DNA from: Podospora anserina
Taxonomy: Eukaryota
DNA length: 64,000 nucleotides
Reading direction: 5' to 3'
NCBI GenBank assembly: GCA_017654855.1
Contig: CM030333.1
Span: 434,001 to 498,000 of the forward strand
The notes beneath the pieces are model-generated. The model ran no database searches. It saw nothing but the letters and a program-made list of their open reading frames with translations, and had not been told where the DNA came from. Shown here piece after piece: positions 61,901 to 64,000 of this stretch. A program made the position numbers and the translations under genes. Position 1 is the first letter of the stretch. Each line of letters opens with the position of its first letter.

Positions 61901-64000
61901 GGATGAGGGGGGGGGACAAGACAAGCCTCGTTTTCCGGAAGCATAGTCCCTGTCAGTGACATCTCTTTCCCCGCCCCCTTTCTCAACAAAAACGTATCCA
62001 ACGGGAGGATAAGAGAGGAAAGGGGGGACGCGGGGGGGGCAGAATATGCGGGTAATTTGAGTCTTGTTACACGATTACAGGGTAGACAAGGGGAGCACAA
62101 AGGTAGGTAGGGGTTCCCCCGGTCAAATAAACAACAGAGACATTTTTTTCCTTGCCTCTGTTTTTGTTTTATTTTGGGGACCGGGGGCTTGGCTTCTCTC
62201 ATTGGAGAGGATTTGATTTTGGGGGTTTCTTCCCTGGTCCCTACAGGCATAATCTGAGAAACAACTGTGTATGGGTGTGGGTGTGGGCGGGTAGGCAAGG
62301 TGGAGGGAAGGACCATCCACAGTGAAGTAGGAGGAGGGGAAAAACGGCGATTTGCAGCGATGAAGAGGTTGGGTTCGGATCATGGAGCCACAAGAGGGAT
62401 TACCAGATCTGTGGAACGTAGCAATTAGACATGAGCACAAACACGCAAATTCGATTTTTGGGGAGAGGTGAGCTGGTTGGATAGGGTAGATAGGCGGGCT
62501 GGGAGAGACAGAAGAATAGAGAAATGGGTCAGGTCAATAATGAACAAGGCAGGGCCTGATGGGGGCGGGAAATATGGGAGGAATGGTTCAAGCTTATTAA
62601 GATGCTGTGGAACTGATGACTCAGTGCCTAGGAGGTGAGGCTGAGGAGTTTATATTGCGGTTATTTGTTTGCTACCTAGGTACTTTGAAATCAAGTTACC
62701 AAAATTCCCACGCGTCTTTCGTTTTGGAATGGGGCTCCCATGTTGTTGGTGTTGATACCAGGGTGGCAGTAAAGGCATAGGTAATAAACAATACTGTGTG
62801 GTGATGTTGCTGATAATGAGGCAGATGCCTGACTACGCAACCCGGAGACGGAGATGAAGATGGTAGATATCTCCTAGCCATCTTGCCATTATCGATGGAC
62901 CTTACCAACAGCGTAAGTGAAGTCACATAATTGCCACTTCTGCGGGCGGAAAGGTTTCCTTCGCGGGGTGTCATTCCGAACCTTTCCCTCCTCGCTTGAT
63001 GATCACTAGATGGAGATATGGACGAGTAACCATGGAATCTTACTGAGCAGACGTATGTGGATAGCCTCATGAATGAAGATACGTGGATGGAATAGACAAG
63101 GCTCCATCTCACCTCATCTTATATACACGACTCCTATCTTTACTGCCCGTTTCACCGCTTGGCTGAATTATGATATCATAATGCGGGATGTGTGTCGATC
63201 TTCAACAGTAATTCAGGCTTCAGTACTGATGTCCAAGGCTGTGCTTATGCCATACCCACCTCCTGGATTTGTGGCCGGTGGTCGGAAGCTATCCCGGATT
63301 ATTTCGACTGGCGGCTCGGAAGGTACGGCGGATAACGCGGCCCGGGGATGTCAGTTGGGGAAGAGCAAAGATTGAAACAAAGGCACGATGGGAACAAGAC
63401 GGGATGGCGTCTTACCGGACCCCAGATGTGCGGGTCATAGCACTGCCTTATGGGCATTACCGAAGCCACTGAGAAGCTTATCCTCTCTGTAGGTTCTTTT
63501 GTAAAACGCAGATTTCTTTGCGAGGTGAGCGTACGTGTGAGGCTTGAGGTGCGGTGGCAAGTCTTGGTGACTCGCTGAGTGAGCACCTGCTTAGTCGTAG
63601 ATAGCCTCGTGGGCTGTTGCTGTTCTGCGGTCGGCTCAGAGTCATGATATCATCTATCATTCCTTGTTTGGAGAGCTTTACCAGGTGTGCTTGCGTATGT
63701 TTGATTCCATCAGCCAACGTTTCAAATTCTCAACTGATTCTTGGAGTCGGGGTCAACTTCTGTCAGGCATGAATGAGACAAAAATGCGCGATGAAGGAAT
63801 ATGGCAATCTTCATTCGAGATGGGAACATGATAAGAGGTGACCTCGGGGTGGGGCTCTACATGCTCGCGACGCGAGGCCGAACCACAGTCTAGAGAAAGA
63901 TGGTTGAAAACGGCTGTGGCTTGCCACTGCTGGTTCCTGGTGAGTGGTGTGGCGGAGATAGGGCTGACCGCATGGCCTTACATGATATGGCATGTGGTTC

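Noticed and set aside
59727-62316. Long ORFs of 260, 218 and 269 aa upstream of the AflR-like gene
   Set aside because: Non-ATG starts, atypical composition and no domain motifs; they are probably chance ORFs in non-coding DNA.

Overview
Eukaryotic DNA from a filamentous ascomycete. Short GT-AG introns with CTRAC branch sites, the gene content and a RIP-like AT-rich island suggest a Sordariales, Podospora-like fungus (inference). The left 28 kb is gene-dense. It holds a Pro-rich hypothetical gene interrupted by a single in-frame TAG, an FAD-dependent oxidoreductase, RVS167, NFS1 (with an intronic box C/D snoRNA), a CsbD-like stress protein, an NmrA-like protein, an adenosine-deaminase-fold protein lacking its catalytic residues, 5-oxoprolinase and a TinA/ADIP-domain protein. 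The right 36 kb has only two convincing genes, a Cmr1/Pig1-type C2H2+Zn2Cys6 regulator and an AflR-like Zn2Cys6 regulator. They sit in very long non-coding tracts that include a RIP-like repeat relic, and this looks like the regulatory half of a DHN-melanin locus. The best leads are: (1) a candidate premature-stop gene needing UAG>UGG A-to-I editing, (2) an intronic snoRNA with a 13-nt guide to the 5' end of 18S rRNA, (3) an ADA pseudo-enzyme, and (4) a 15.5-kb tail-to-tail gene desert. All family assignments come from recalled motifs; no searches were run.
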